The notes: generated by a model not told the origin, from the sequence alone. DNA of 64,000 nucleotides from Octopus sinensis (GCF_006345805.1 NC_043021.1:27404001-27468000), one strand, 5' to 3'. Positions 41,846 to 55,198 are shown, numbered from the stretch's first letter. Program-made: numbers and translations.

Positions 41846-41850
<5 letters not shown>
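39620..41850 (+). mobile_element. Degenerate Penelope-like element (RT, GIY-YIG, 3' pLTR), same family as 5605-6915
   Basis: YILPKIHKPDNPGHPIVSAC, GVAMGT, YIDDCI, FLDI, FACIASNVIYCISFSLCPSLYIG, REQELNFSIRSFAPHGLNS; a 14-bp minisatellite ccactatacacaca at ~41371-41460; decayed HHR motif at 41724-41759. Confidence 0.92.
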
Positions 41851-41882
<32 letters not shown>

Positions 41883-43660
41883 CAAACAGGCTTCTTTCAG
41901 TTTCCGTCTACCAAATCCACTCACAAGGCTTTGGTCAGCCCGAGGTTATAGCAGAAGAGACTTGTCTAAGGTGCAACGCAGTGGGACTGAACCCGGAACC
42001 ATGTAATTGGGAAGCAGGCTTCTTACTACACAGCCACGCTTGCACCTCATGTGGAAGAAAAATTGTTATTGCACCATTACATATCGAAACACCGAATTTA
42101 GTATTAAAATATATCGTAATGAATTTGTATACGCTGATTCTCATTGCTTGATTTGAGTTGTGATGCCTGTGAATAAGTGGTGAAAGTTGTTAAGGATAAG
42201 TAAACTTGTGAAACATAAGACAGTATTTTATGGAAAATGAGAAGAAGGAATAAAGAAGGAAACAAACAAGTGATGTAGCAGAACTCGATCGATCTACACA
42301 GGCATAGACGCATCGTATTTTATCGTAAGCTATTTGTTCTTTTGACATTATTGTGGCCTGAGATCAAATGACTAAACTAAAATTTCAAAGAGAGAGAAGA
42401 TATTTTTAAACACTGAATACAATAAATTTTCTTACGTCTGAACCTTGAAAGCAGGAATGAATTAAAACTATACGACTAAAGTATTTATCGCGAACGTAAC
42501 AAAAAAAAATTGAAATATGAACGTTTGTGTGATGAATAGGTTAGAGATGGCAAAGTGCACTTGTGTCAATTCTTTTGTTCACTCATATTTTTCTGCTTCT
42601 GCCACCACATTGAAAAAATATAACTGTGTGTTTTGTGTTTGCGGTTAAAAATAATAGAAATTATAAGCTTTTAATGCATGATAACCATTTGGTTTGACTG
42701 AGGTTAGGCAATGCAATTTTTTTTACGAATAGAAAGGTAGTATGTCAACTCGGGAAATTATTTTTGATATATCTTGGTGTAGCTCAGCATGTCGGATATT
42801 ATAGTGGGTGAACGGTTAGCACATCAAACATGGGTATTTGTTCTGTGTGTTAAGTTCAAATTCCACCTGAATCAATTTTGGCTTTTCCGGGTGTATTTTT
42901 TTTAAAGAAAAAATACCAATCGAAGACGGTGCATTTCGGAAAGTATAAAAGCTTCAAATGTTAACACATGACCAGGAAGTTCGTGGGTGGAGGCAAGTCG
43001 ATTATATCGACCCCAGTGCTCAACCGGTATTTACATTATCGATCCCAAAAGAATAGAAGGCAAAGTCGATATCGGTGAACTTTCAAATAAGAACGTAAAG
43101 ACGGACTAAATGCCGCTAAGCATTTGGCTCGGCATGCAAACGATCCTGCCAACTCGCCGCGAAAGATTAAAAATAATGAATTGGATGGTTTGTAATATTA
43201 GATCGGGTTCTTTTATTTACTGAATCCTAAATCTTTTTAAGGTACAAAAAAAAAATTGTACTCCCAACAGCCTCCTGGTCTGGTGAGGAGACTGAGCCAA
43301 ACCCTAGCAATAACAAAAGTGAGTGGGGAGAGCTGGAGGGAGATAGGAAGGGGCTTCTTCAGCTGAAGTGGCAAGTAGTTTGGAAAAGGACTGAAGGAAT
43401 GGGTGAATACAAGCATGTACACACACCACACAGACACACAGACACATACACACACACAAACACAAATTCACACACATATAACTATATAATTATTTTAGCC
43501 AATTGTGTTTGATGTTAATTTGACCTTTTCAGCGTGTGTGGTATGGTGTTATTGTAAAAGCAGCTTTTTAAGTGAACGACTTACACCTTCTCCTCGCGCT
43601 ATATATAACGAAGTAAGGGCGCAAAGCAGTGTTTACGTATAATCACAATTTAAGCTAGAT

Positions 43661-44098
43661 GAAATATATTTATTGTCACATATTTCAACAGCTAAAGGCA
43701 AATACACTGCAGTTACTGTGGAGAAAAAATGGTAAAAAGGTGCGAAAACACCTAGTTCGTTCCGTGTTGCCATCTCTCGCGAATCTCAGACATTGATGTT
43801 TCGAGTTTATTGACTCTTGTCAATGAGATCTACCTAAGAGAGGCAACTTTGAACGAACTAAATAAAGCTTGTAGCCTTATATATAATTCAGTTAACAGGT
43901 TGACTGATTTATGCTAGTAGATCGCTCGCATCGACAAGAGTCAATAAACTCGAAACAACGATGTCCGAGATTCCCGAGAGATGGCGACACTGAACGAACT
44001 AGGTGTTTTCACACCTTTTTAACATAAGAAGGATTTTTAGCCACGGTAACTACAGTGTATTTATCTTTAGCAGTTGAAATATGTGACAAACATATTTC
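43661..44098. mobile_element. ~440-bp imperfect fold-back element with a hammerhead in each arm
   Basis: 43661-43830 is the approximate reverse complement of 43920-44098 (ttgtcacatatttcaac, gaaaacacctagttcgtt, gtttcgagtttattgactcttgtc). Confidence 0.88.
43783..43829 (-). ncRNA. Complete type I hammerhead motif with a U3-A8 core
   Basis: atctca-TTGACAA-GAGT-caataa-ACTC-GAA-ACA-tcaa-TGT-C-tgagat: 6-bp stem I, 4-bp stem II, 3-4-bp stem III, GUC triplet. Confidence 0.8.
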
Positions 44099-44112
44099 AA
44101 CAAACACTAATT

Positions 44113-44150
<38 letters not shown>

Positions 44151-44172
44151 TATATGTATATATTCTATATAT

Positions 44173-44229
<57 letters not shown>

Positions 44230-44789
44230 GCATATATACATGCATACATAAATGCATATATAAATACACGTACACGTATATAGGTACATACACACATATA
44301 CATATGTCCGTGTGTGAATGATTGTGTATGCGTGAGTGCGTGCATGTGTGCGTGTGCATACATATATACGGTGGGCTTCTTTCAGTTTCCATCAACCAAA
44401 TCCATTCACAAGGCTTTGGTTGGCTCGCGGCTATTATAGAAAACATTTGCCCGAGGTGCCGTTTTCTTTACTCATTTTAAAATCTTAAATATATTTTAAT
44501 CACTGGTCGCCATGTATAGTACCATTTCATCCTTATTCGAAATCTGCAACATGTTATAACTTCACTGATTTAAGCAGCTTGCGAAGTGAGATCCTATTGA
44601 CTTCAGGATTTCATGAAATGTGTGGCATATTCAAACTGTTTCAACATGATGTATATTTGGACCTCCCCAACCTCCCCAAATAGAACTGACTGAAGGTCTT
44701 GTGGACTAACCCACCTCTAGTTATCCCAAGTTCTTTCTTTGTTATCATCAAATTTATATGAAATTACTAATATAATTTTTCATTTGTAG

Positions 44790-44912
44790 ATCTTATGGAT
44801 TTTGCGGGAAGAAATAATACCGCTCGATATCATGACTGTAGTTGGTACTGGGAGAATAATTTCGGTGAACAAGACTCGATCACAGGAAGAATACTTCTAC
44901 TGATGAAACTAG
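44790..44912 (+). CDS. Candidate isolated internal exon (123 nt, phase 1-1), product unknown
   Basis: Acceptor ttttcatttgtag| and donor ctag|gtaaga; open frame (D)LMDFAGRNNTARYHDCSWYWENNFGEQDSITGRILLLMKL(G). No partner exons or recognised domain. Confidence 0.25.
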
Positions 44913-45428
44913 GTAAGAGTCAGGCCTCCCCCGAGGAAAAGGCAAATACGTCATTTTCTTTTATAAGTTCTCAGATAACTGAACTTTGATTCCATGTGAA
45001 CTGGTTCAATCTCGTTAAACGTGGACTCATTAATATTGGTGAGTGAGTAGGTGGGAAAAAGACAACGCATCTATTTCACAATCTCTTCAAAGATAGGTTA
45101 TTAACAACAGTTTATATAGATTAGATATGAAATTCGTCACCCAACCGATAAAAAGGAAGCAATTCATTAGTTTATAATTGTATTAGTCTCCTCAACACTA
45201 TGCTGCGCATGAAAAACCAAAATGGCTACTTAAACAACTAAATGTATATAAACTGTTTGTAAGACGATCCGTTTGTTTGGTTTGAATATATTTTCCGAAA
45301 TATTATATGACTATGTATCAGACGAAGTCACTATTTAAATATTAAATTCTGTGGAGTCCATTCTCTTCTATCAAGTAATTCATATTATAGCGTCTGTCTG
45401 TCTGTCTGCCTGCCTGCCTGTCTGTCAG

Positions 45429-45516
<88 letters not shown>

Positions 45517-45526
45517 AATATACTAT

Positions 45527-45569
<43 letters not shown>

Positions 45570-45950
45570 TATATATATGCTTTCGATGCAAATGGTGCCA
45601 TAAGATTTAAGTTTATATAAAAGTGCTATTAATATATATATATACTAGAGACAAGTCAAAAATAATGGTCATTACATATTTATTAGACCAAAGTTCGCTC
45701 ACAGATGTTTCCGGTAGTCATTATAGCTACATTACTGGTAGGTTTACTCAACTGGTCTGTTGATCAATTGAGGTAATTTGAACGGCCTAAGAAAATTAAT
45801 GATACTTTCTTCAGACAGAGTCATAGCTAAAAATCCTTTATTTCGAACGTGTCTCTTTTATATCCCTCTGAAGTCAATGCACGGATTTACAAAATAGAAT
45901 TGGGATGAATCATAACTTGGGACTCTATCAAAAGATTACTTGAAGTTTTT

Positions 45951-46355
45951 GGATCTTTTCGGTTTGAACGGCAGTTTTTTCTAGCGGTGTCATATGAAAT
46001 TGTCATCCATAATTATGACCTTAGTATTCGATCTATTGCATTTCAATCCGTGTTAGGGTGGGGGGGAAGGGCATCTTTTTTTCTTCAGAAATGTAAATAA
46101 ACCCAATCTGTTTCTTAAACGAGGGACATATTCATACGGCACAGAATGTTTTCACTTCAATAGACGTCATTGATTGGTTGAAACTGCAGAAATTGAAGAA
46201 AAAAACAACAAATATCTTACAAACTATAGAATTTTCTCAATAAAGCCAAGAGAAAAAGATGTTTTATAAACACATTCTACCAGTATACGAAATTTAAAAG
46301 TGTTTAGTTACGTGGAAATTATTTTAAAAAACTGCCGTTCAAACCGAAAAGATCC
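45951..46355. mobile_element. MITE copy 2 (telomeric tract largely missing)
   Basis: Same TIRs as copy 1; TSD aagttttt/aagttctt. Confidence 0.92.
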
Positions 46356-47424
46356 AAGTTCTTCTCTAATCTGAGTAATATTGTCAGCCTGGTGTACCAA
46401 CAGAGAGCTTATGAAGTATTCTACCCGGATTGATAACCCCTCACTATTTGTTCTCTCTCTCTCTCTATATATATATATCAGTTTCAAATTTTAGCAGTAG
46501 TTTCGAGGCCAGCAATTTAGAGGGAAGGAGTAAGTCGATTACATTAACCTCAGGGATCAACAGGTGCTCGTATTTGTTTCTATTTTTCGAATCTAAAAGA
46601 AGTCGACGTCGGTGAAATTTGAACTCTGAACGTAAAGATAGACGAAATGCTACTTAGCATTTTGTCCGGCACGATAAGAGTTCTGAACAAAACACATTTA
46701 GAAGCGGCTTTTTTCTCTTCTTTCATTTGTCATTTTGTCCTTTCTACAAATCCATCGTCTGCTTCGATAAACTTCGAACAAACAAATAAATAAAAGATTA
46801 TCATTAACTTTTGCATGAATAATTTTAAATCGTGTAATATTTTTTAACTGCAGATTATTCCAGCAGCAACGACAAAAGCGGGCGACAACATCAACAACGA
46901 CAAAAGCGGGCGACAACATCAACAATAACAGCGTCAACTACATTTCCAACAACAACAACAACAACAATAACATGAACAGCTATGCAAACAAGCTACATCA
47001 CCAACTGAAACAATACTAAAATGGTGTACATACTAACTTACTGCACATTAATCAAATTCGAACGCTTAGTTTTGACGTAGAAGGAATTATTTCGGACATG
47101 TTGAAACAAATCGACTGAGAAAGAAAAGGAGAGCTTATCTCTAATGTGGTGAGTCGGAATCGTCTTGGAAAAGAAAGAGAACGAAAAGAAACAAGGTAAT
47201 CTCGTTTGTCTTAAAATAACTAATGTTATGTGCACACACACAAACACACACACACACACACATATATGTATATGAGGCGCAGGCGTGACTGGGTGGTAAG
47301 AAACATGCTTCCACACCACATGGTTCTGGGTTCAGTCCCACTGCATGGCATTTTGGGTAAGTGTCTCGGGCTGACAAATGCCTTGTGAGCGGATTTGGTA
47401 GAAGCCTGTTGTATGTGTATGTAT

Positions 47425-47610
47425 ATATATATAGTTGAAATTTACACAAAAACAAAAGACGAAGACAGGTGTATAAACAACAAGCAGGTGTATTAGTTTG
47501 ACGCTCGGGAAGGTGAGAAAGTCTTTTACGTTTCGAGCCTACGCTCTTCAACAGAAAGGAACACAGGGAAATAAACAGAAAGAGAATAAGAAAAACTTGT
47601 GGAGTTAGTG
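47425..47610 (-). mobile_element. Solo Penelope pLTR with a minimal hammerhead variant at 47523-47558
   Basis: Minus strand cttt-CTGTTGA-A-GAGC-gtag-GCTC-GAAAC-GTA-aaag. Confidence 0.8.
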
Positions 47611-47847
47611 GTCAGGTCAATATATATATGTATATGTATGTGTGTGAGTCCTTGTATCTGCATTTGTCCTCCATCACTGACTGCTTGACAACCAGTGTTG
47701 CTGTGTTTACGCCCCGGTAACTTAGCGGTTCTGCAAAAGTGCTAGCCTTACAAAGAATAAGTTCTGGAGTCGATTTGTTCGACTAAAACCCTCAAGGCGG
47801 TGCTGTAGCATGGCCACAGTCAAATGACTGAAACAAGTAATAGAGAA

Positions 47848-47905
<58 letters not shown>

Positions 47906-47969
47906 GCATACATACATACATACATATATATATATACATATATATCTATACACATTTTTTTTTTTTTTT

Positions 47970-48300
47970 TTTTGGACCCCCTTCGGTCATGAATGACCAT
48001 GGGATTGCACCTAGAAAGTTACCCTCCTAGACACAAGTCTGGGCAAGGTTGTTTTTATGGAAGGCCAGCAGTCGCCCATGCATACCAGCCTCCCCTCTCC
48101 ACGCCACCAGTGTTATCCAAGGGAAAGACAAAGGTCGATACAGCTTGGCACCAGTGACGTCGCAACTCATTTCTACAGCTGAGTGAACTGGAGCAACGTG
48201 AAATAAAGTGCCTTGCTCAAGAACACAACACGCAGCCCGGTCCGGGATTCGAGCTCACAACCTCACGATCGTAAGCTCGACGCTCTAACCACTGAGCCAT
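47970..48300 (-). mobile_element. Full-length family D SINE (tRNA head, RTE-related tail, poly-A)
   Basis: Minus-strand head atggctcagtggttagagcg...gagctcgaatcc; a poly-T run on the + strand at 47955-47973. Confidence 0.85.
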
Positions 48301-48369
48301 ATATATGTATATATACACATACATATATACATTATATTTATATTATATATATATATATATATACATACC

Positions 48370-48458
<89 letters not shown>

Positions 48459-48794
48459 CACGCACAAATATATACATAAATGTGTGTGCATAATACATAT
48501 GTGTATAGAGTGTTTGCTAAAACAGCTATATACATTGATTCATATATATATATATATGTGTATGTATTATGTATGTATATGTATGTATGTTTGTATGTGT
48601 ATGCCTTTACATACATTCATATGTGTGTGTATATATAGACACACACGCAAGGGTGATGGGTAAAAAGAGTAAACGCATACATATACATGTATGTATGTTT
48701 GAGTGTACATACGTATTCATGTATTTGTACATATATATGCATATATACGAATATATGTGTATGCGCGGACATGTGTGTATGTGTGGATGTATAT

Positions 48795-49100
48795 CACGTG
48801 ATCACGTGACTGACCAGGCTATCAGCTGTTGCTACACATCGCTGGTCACAATGCGTTCGCATTGTTTTAGCCTTCAAATGACGCCACGCCGCTGGCTAAG
48901 CGAGCAGGCCAACAGAAGACAGAGTGAAAGAAAGTTGTGGCGAAAGAGTACAGCAGGGATCGCGACAACCACCTGCCGGAGCCCCGTGGAGCTTCAGGCG
49001 TTTTCGCTCAATAAGCACTCACAACGCCCTGTCTGAGAATCGAAACCGCGATCTTATGACCGCGAGTCCGCTGCCATAAGCACTGGACCATTGCACCTCC
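48795..49100 (-). mobile_element. Family C SINE
   Basis: Homologous to 20600-20905. Confidence 0.8.
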
Positions 49101-49631
49101 ACGTGGATGTGTATATGTGTGCGTATATGCTTGTTTCTCTGTGTATATATATATCGACGTATGGAAAGATACGTATGTGTGTATATGTATACGTGCGTAC
49201 AAATTTTCATAACTTTATTAATAACTTATAAACGAAGTTTCCATTCTTTTATAAACTTACCTTGTTTAATTTTAAAATTTCCTCTATCATCTCTATTTAA
49301 TTTATTCATTTGTTGTTCTAATTCTATTTACCAACTCTGTCTTATTTCCAACAGACCTGTTAACCCCTCGCCCGCACATTTAACAGTACAAATAATACCC
49401 CGTATCATTCAGTCTGCTACAATGAATCCATAAACACATATAAAACATCTAAGTATGTATTTTTCTCTCTCTGAAGTTGTGCTCAGGTCATATAAATATG
49501 AATTTTAATATTTACTTAATATTTTGTATTGATTGAAACAGCTGTAAGGAAGATGATTAATTTGCTGTTAATAATAAACAGTTATTAACTTCCCAATTAC
49601 CATTTTCTTTTTCTTCTTTTATATATATTGG

Positions 49632-49874
49632 ATGTTCCGGGAACTCTTTCAAGCAACGTCTCCATGCTCCCAGTTTGCTGGACATTGTTGTAGAGCTATT
49701 TCTACTGTTCTCCTCTGGAAGCCATCTGCTCGCGATACCAGAGGTCGCACACTCTCCTACCCTGATGTAATCTCCGTAATGCTATGATGGACCGTGAAGT
49801 CTGGCGTAACATAGTAAGTTCCATTGTCTCGACCACGGTCGAACCCTAACCCACGGTCGAATGATGATGATGAT
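49632..49874 (+). mobile_element. RTE-clade LINE 3' end with (TGA)n tail
   Basis: QFAGHCCRA..VLLWKPSARDTRGRTLSYPDVI and LRNAMMDREVWRNIV, followed by tgatgatgatgat. Confidence 0.8.
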
Positions 49875-50794
49875 TTGATATGATCAGTTCCTTCTATAGT
49901 TTGTGTCTTTCGGACCAAGTACCCATACTCTATCTTCTCAGTGAAGTGGTTCATTTCTTTTTATTTTGTTCCCTTGATATATGAAATTTAACACTACCTC
50001 CTCATCAACTCTTGTTTTATATCTCTCCTCAAGTTCATTAGCTACACTAATCAGTTTGTTGATTTCATGGCCACAAATGTGGGCACGATAGTTACGGGTA
50101 TCTACCCCTGCTGCAGATGTTGCGTCAGTGTCACAATACGTGCTTCATACGACATGAATAAAGATTCGAGGCCAAGGCCACCAGCCTTCGGTGAGCCTAC
50201 ATCTTTATTGACGTTTACGTTTACTGAAACACTGAGCAGCTGTCCAGTTCGCAGTTTACATGCCGGTCTTCTATCAGTATTTGTCTGCCAAATCCACTCA
50301 CAAGGCCCAAGACTACAGTAGAAGAAACTTGCCCAAAGTACCACGTAGTGGGACTGAACCCGGGTTCATGTGGTTGGGAAGCAAGCATTTTACCACACAG
50401 CCGCGCTGGATAGTGTTGTTGTTTATGACAAGCCAGAGTTGAGAGTTACACGACATCAATGCGAGAAAGTTATGGTCGCATTATACTAATACACCGTTGT
50501 AGACTGTAGCAGCCAAAAACAATTTGTCAATACACAAAAATCATATATATATATATATACACGCACGCCCAGAAATACACACACACACACATACACGCAC
50601 ACATACGCGCACACATTTGTGTGTGTATGTATGCGTTATTGTTTATGTATTTCACGAGTCACAGATTACCGTTATTAACAAAAAAACTACAAGAGAATAT
50701 CTATAATTTAAATTTACAATCCATATGAAATAACTGTATAATATACAGCGTAATATAATATATGATATAAAATATATATACTATGTCTCTCCAC

Positions 50795-50884
<90 letters not shown>

Positions 50885-50901
50885 GTCTATCTATCTATCT
50901 G

Positions 50902-50956
<55 letters not shown>

Positions 50957-51029
50957 GTCTATCTATCTATCTGTCTATCTGTCTATCTATCTATCTGTCT
51001 ATCTATCTATCTGTCTATCTATCTATCTG

Positions 51030-51096
<67 letters not shown>

Positions 51097-51129
51097 GTCT
51101 ATCTATCTATCTGTCTATCTATCTATCTG

Positions 51130-51188
<59 letters not shown>

Positions 51189-51209
51189 GTCTGTCTATCT
51201 ATCTATCTG

Positions 51210-51276
<67 letters not shown>

Positions 51277-51284
51277 GTCTGTCT
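50795..51284. repeat. ~490-bp (ATCT)n tract with GTCT variants
   Basis: Direct reading; it abuts the Tx1 5' junction. Confidence 0.97.
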
Positions 51285-54200
51285 ATGCGCGTGGCTTGGG
51301 GTCCCCTTGGAAACAAGGGTACCTCTTAAATGACATAAAGTCACATAAGTTACAAATCATAGCCATAAGCGAGACCAGACTCCACAATCCGCGGGCCCTA
51401 AAGACCATGTTTGGCGGACAGTTCAACATTTATTTTTCCCCCTGTCTGCCGAGAATGGGCGGTAGTGGCACCGCGGTACTTTTTCACAAGAGTCTGGATC
51501 TCAATGTAAGGACAATATTCGTAGACCCGGAGGGTAGACTGGTCGTCCTGGATGTCGACGGCAGCAATGGGTGCGCTTTTCGACTCGTATCAGTTTACGC
51601 ACCGCCCTTAACAGGTCGGGCGGATTTCTTTCAACGTCTAGAAGTTTTCTTGGGAACGTCTCGTCCTTTACTCTTAGTGGGGGATTGGAATGCTACCTTG
51701 GACACGCATGTAGACTACGTGGGTAGAGATAGGAATAGACGAGGATGCAAATGCCTCAGAGACCTGCTCAGACGCTTTCAACTGTCTGACAGGTTCCGAC
51801 TAGACCACCCGAATGCGCCAACGTGGACATGGAGCAACCGCATCGGGTCGTCGAGATCGTATCTAGATAGGATACTGTGTAGGACAGTAGATAGAGATAG
51901 CATAGGATGTCCACAATTCCACATAGTCAGCTACACGGATCACAAACTTGTGACATGTACGCTAGACTTAGATAAGACACTTAGGCAGGGTCCCGGATAC
52001 TGGAAACTAAACGCGTCTTTCCCATCGAGACAAGTTTTCAGAGACCGGATTAGCACACTAGTAAAGAGGGCTTTGACGGGAGCCATCATCAACAACAAAT
52101 GGTGGTTTGCCCTCAAGAGAGCAGTAAAAGCAGAAGCGATTAGGTACAGCAAAGCACTAGCCATAGATAGAAATAGAGTAGAGGGTGAGCTAGTTAAGAA
52201 GCTAGAAGAGGCAATTAGAAGCGGCATCGCATCCGACGTTTTGGCGGCGAGGTTGGCCCTCGACCAACACTTCAACGCCAAACACGAAGGATGTGCTGTC
52301 AGAGCTAGGATGCGTGCTCTAAGGAACGAAGGTGTTGGAGCCGCGAGAGAGGCCCGGGTGGCAGAGGCGCAACAGGGCAACAAAGCCACCATTCGGTCAC
52401 TGGTAGATGAACAGGGGCGCGAATTGCTCGAGCCAAGTAAAATGTGTGAGGCCTTTCAGCAGCATTTTGCCCGACTGTTCGGAACGAGTGGAGGGCAAGA
52501 ACGTAGGGTGGACTTCAGTGCCTACCTACATAGCCTACCACGACTCTCGACAAGAAAGGCAGGGTGCTGCGAAGGTGCCATCACGGCGGCGGAAGTGCGG
52601 GAAGCGATGGCAGAATGCTCGAGGGACAAATCACCGGGTTTGGATGGTCTACCCTACGAGCTTTACAATTGTATGCCAGACTTGTTTGGAGATCTCTTGG
52701 CGGCGGTGTACTGCAACTGGCAGCAAAACGGGAGCATTCCTGGTTTTGTGAGCCGAGGAGCCGTAACACTGCTGAAGAAAGATCTAAACAAGGGAAATGT
52801 AATAGATAACTTTAGGCCCATCACTCTGCTTAATGCAGACTTGAAAATTTTGGCCAAGGTGCTAGCCAAGAGGTTGGCGCTTGTCATCGAGAAACTGGTC
52901 GACAAGGCGCAAACATGCGCCGTGCCAGGCCGGACCATCCATGACAACCTCCATCTGATGCGCTACATCATAGACAGGGTAGTTAACGAACCTGGCATGG
53001 GTGGGGCCCTGATCAACTTGGATCAATCGAAAGCCTTTGATAGGGTAGACCATCGATACTTGGAGGCAGTCCTGAGAGCGGCTGGTTTCGGTCCCGTCTT
53101 CCGCGGCTGGATAGCTGCCTTGTACAGAGGCATCCGTTCGGTAATTCGCGTAAATGGACATCTATCAAGACCTTTCGACATTGCACGTTCGGTCCGTCAG
53201 GGATGCCCCCTCTCGGCGCTTCTATACGTATTGACTCTTGAGCCACTACTGCGGAAGCTGGCGACTCTAAGGGGCATCCCGCGAGAATTGGGATGCGGGA
53301 CGAGCGTGTCTGCATACGCGGACGACGTCACCGTCATAGTGTCTAGCCACGAGCACATCGAGCTGGTCGGCGAGACACTGAAAAACTACGAAGCGGTGAC
53401 AGGAGCGAAAATCAACCGGGAAAAGTCAGTGGGCTTGCGACTAGGCACCTGGAGAAGCAAGCCCATGCCGTCCACCAGCGCCTCCGTCGTGGGACGCTGG
53501 ACCGACGGCCCGGTTGAGTTGCTCGGGGTCTGGTTTGGTTCGGACCTCCAAGTGGAGAAGAACTGGAACGAGATAACGAGTAGGGTGGTCACTCTCGCCC
53601 GGCAGTGGGCCGAGAGGAAACTGTCGCTAAAAGGTCGAGCGGAGGTGGCGAACACGTACATCGCGTCCGTCATCTACTACCGCCTGACCGTCGTACCTTG
53701 TCCCGACCCTACCATCACCAAACTACAACGCATCCTCTTTCGCTTCTTGTGGAAAGGATGCGTCCCGATGGTCAGGCGATCCATTTGCTGTCAACACCCG
53801 TTAAAAGGAGGGCTGGGCATGCCGTGGTTGATGATGCGCAGACACGCGCTGAGACTGCGACATCTCTGGCTCTATGTAGACGACGGTGAACAGGTGTGGT
53901 CGCCGTTTGTGAGGCACGCTTTCCCGCAGCTCGTCTCCATGACCGAATTGCAGTCGTGGATCAAAAAGAGGCCGAGGAAGGGCGATGGCACCGCGAGTGT
54001 CGCGTTGCTCTCAAGCAACTCTGCCGTCCTGGGTCGACCTTAAGTGACTTCAACACAACCAAAGCATTCTATAGGGGTTTAGTGGAGGGGAGGTACGACG
54101 ACGAGCTCGGGGCGAACCTGGACGTCGACGAGGAGTACCTGACCCGCCTGTTCGGGACGACTTTCGAGCCAGGGCCCATGGACAACTTCCAGAGATCCCT

Positions 54201-54699
54201 GGCCTGGCAGTGCTACCGAGAAGCGCTACCCGTTCGGGATAAGCTCTACAGACACGGCTCGAGAAACACGGGGCCGACCTGCCCGAGATGCGGTCAGAGC
54301 GACGAAACCGTTCTGCACGCACTCGTTCAGTGTCCAACAATTTCCGACCTGTGGGCTTATGTCGAACAACTGCTGTCACGTGTGGGACGAGTCGGTTTAT
54401 CAGCTGAGTCTATCGTCAATATTGTCACGCCTCCTTCCTTCAAACGGGAAGGAAGAGCTATTTTCATCATCCTTGTGGCTATGGCGAAAGAATGTATCTG
54501 GTGGACGCGTCTGAAAGGATTGGAGACAAACACTTTCCTCTCTGGTCAATCTCTCATCAACTTCTTCAAGTACCACTTGAAAAGGAAAGTGAGAGTAGAG
54601 AGGCAAGTTTTGTCTAGCGAATGTTTTAAAAAAAGATGGGTGAATGTAGCAAGAATGGCACGTATGAATGACGAAGCCACCTTGAGCATAGTCCTATGA
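51284..54699 (+). pseudogene. ORF2: APE endonuclease, reverse transcriptase and CCHC zinc knuckle, with one frameshift at ~53985
   Basis: ARGL..IIAISETRL, LLLVGDWNATL, YLDRIL, TDHKLV; KSPGLDGLPYELY, FRPITLLNADLKILAK, LDQSKAFDRV, RQGCPLS, AYADD; CPRCGQSDETVLHALVQC. Two overlapping ORFs (to 54043 and 53896-54699) join with a 1-nt insertion. Confidence 0.95.
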
Positions 54700-55094
54700 A
54701 CCCAGAAATCGAAAACAGAGAGTTGCTTATTTGCAAAAAAAAAAAAAAAAAAAAGAAATATAAAATGTGACTTCATTGACCGAGGTTACCGTGGTCTTTT
54801 CCGTAGGCTTTTCTTTCCACGGGTAAACCTCACCTGTCCTCCCCTTTACACTTCATATTGACATTTCTGTGATAACGATCCCTATTGATCAATTTTTTTT
54901 TCCTCTCCCCCCCTTTTTTTTTTTTTTTTTAACCCCCCTTTTTTTGTCCTCTTTCTCTCCTTTTACGATCCCTTTTGATCGAAACTCCCCCTTCTTTTTT
55001 TTTTTTTTTTTTTTTTTTTAAACCTTCAAAAGAAAAGCTCTACCTTGTAATTTGTTCTATCTGTGTGCAGCCCTGTGTGGCTAATAAAGAAACA

Positions 55095-55095
<1 letters not shown>
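51285..55095 (+). mobile_element. Tx1/L1-clade non-LTR retrotransposon, 5'-truncated at the start of ORF2 and flanked by (ATCT)n on both sides
   Basis: ORF2 followed by a 3' UTR with A, T and C tracts; AATAAA at 55083-55088; (ATCT)n resumes at 55096. Confidence 0.95.
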
Positions 55096-55165
<70 letters not shown>

Positions 55166-55167
55166 AT

Positions 55168-55198
<31 letters not shown>

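Noticed and set aside
44895-44920. CTGATGAAAC as a hammerhead core
   Set aside because: There is no stem II and no stem I pairing.
49880-50100. Protein-like minus-strand frame AHICGHEINKLISVANELEERYK...
   Set aside because: It is interrupted by a stop, has no splice signals, and belongs to no family I recognise.
50783-51283. 1086-aa ORF with a 167-residue SIYL-repeat N-terminus as a fusion protein
   Set aside because: (ATCT)n is stop-free in all + frames, so the in-frame extension and upstream ATG are expected by chance.
51940-54606. Antisense and alternate-frame ORFs overlapping Tx1 ORF2
   Set aside because: They are shadow ORFs of a GC-rich coding region with no motifs.
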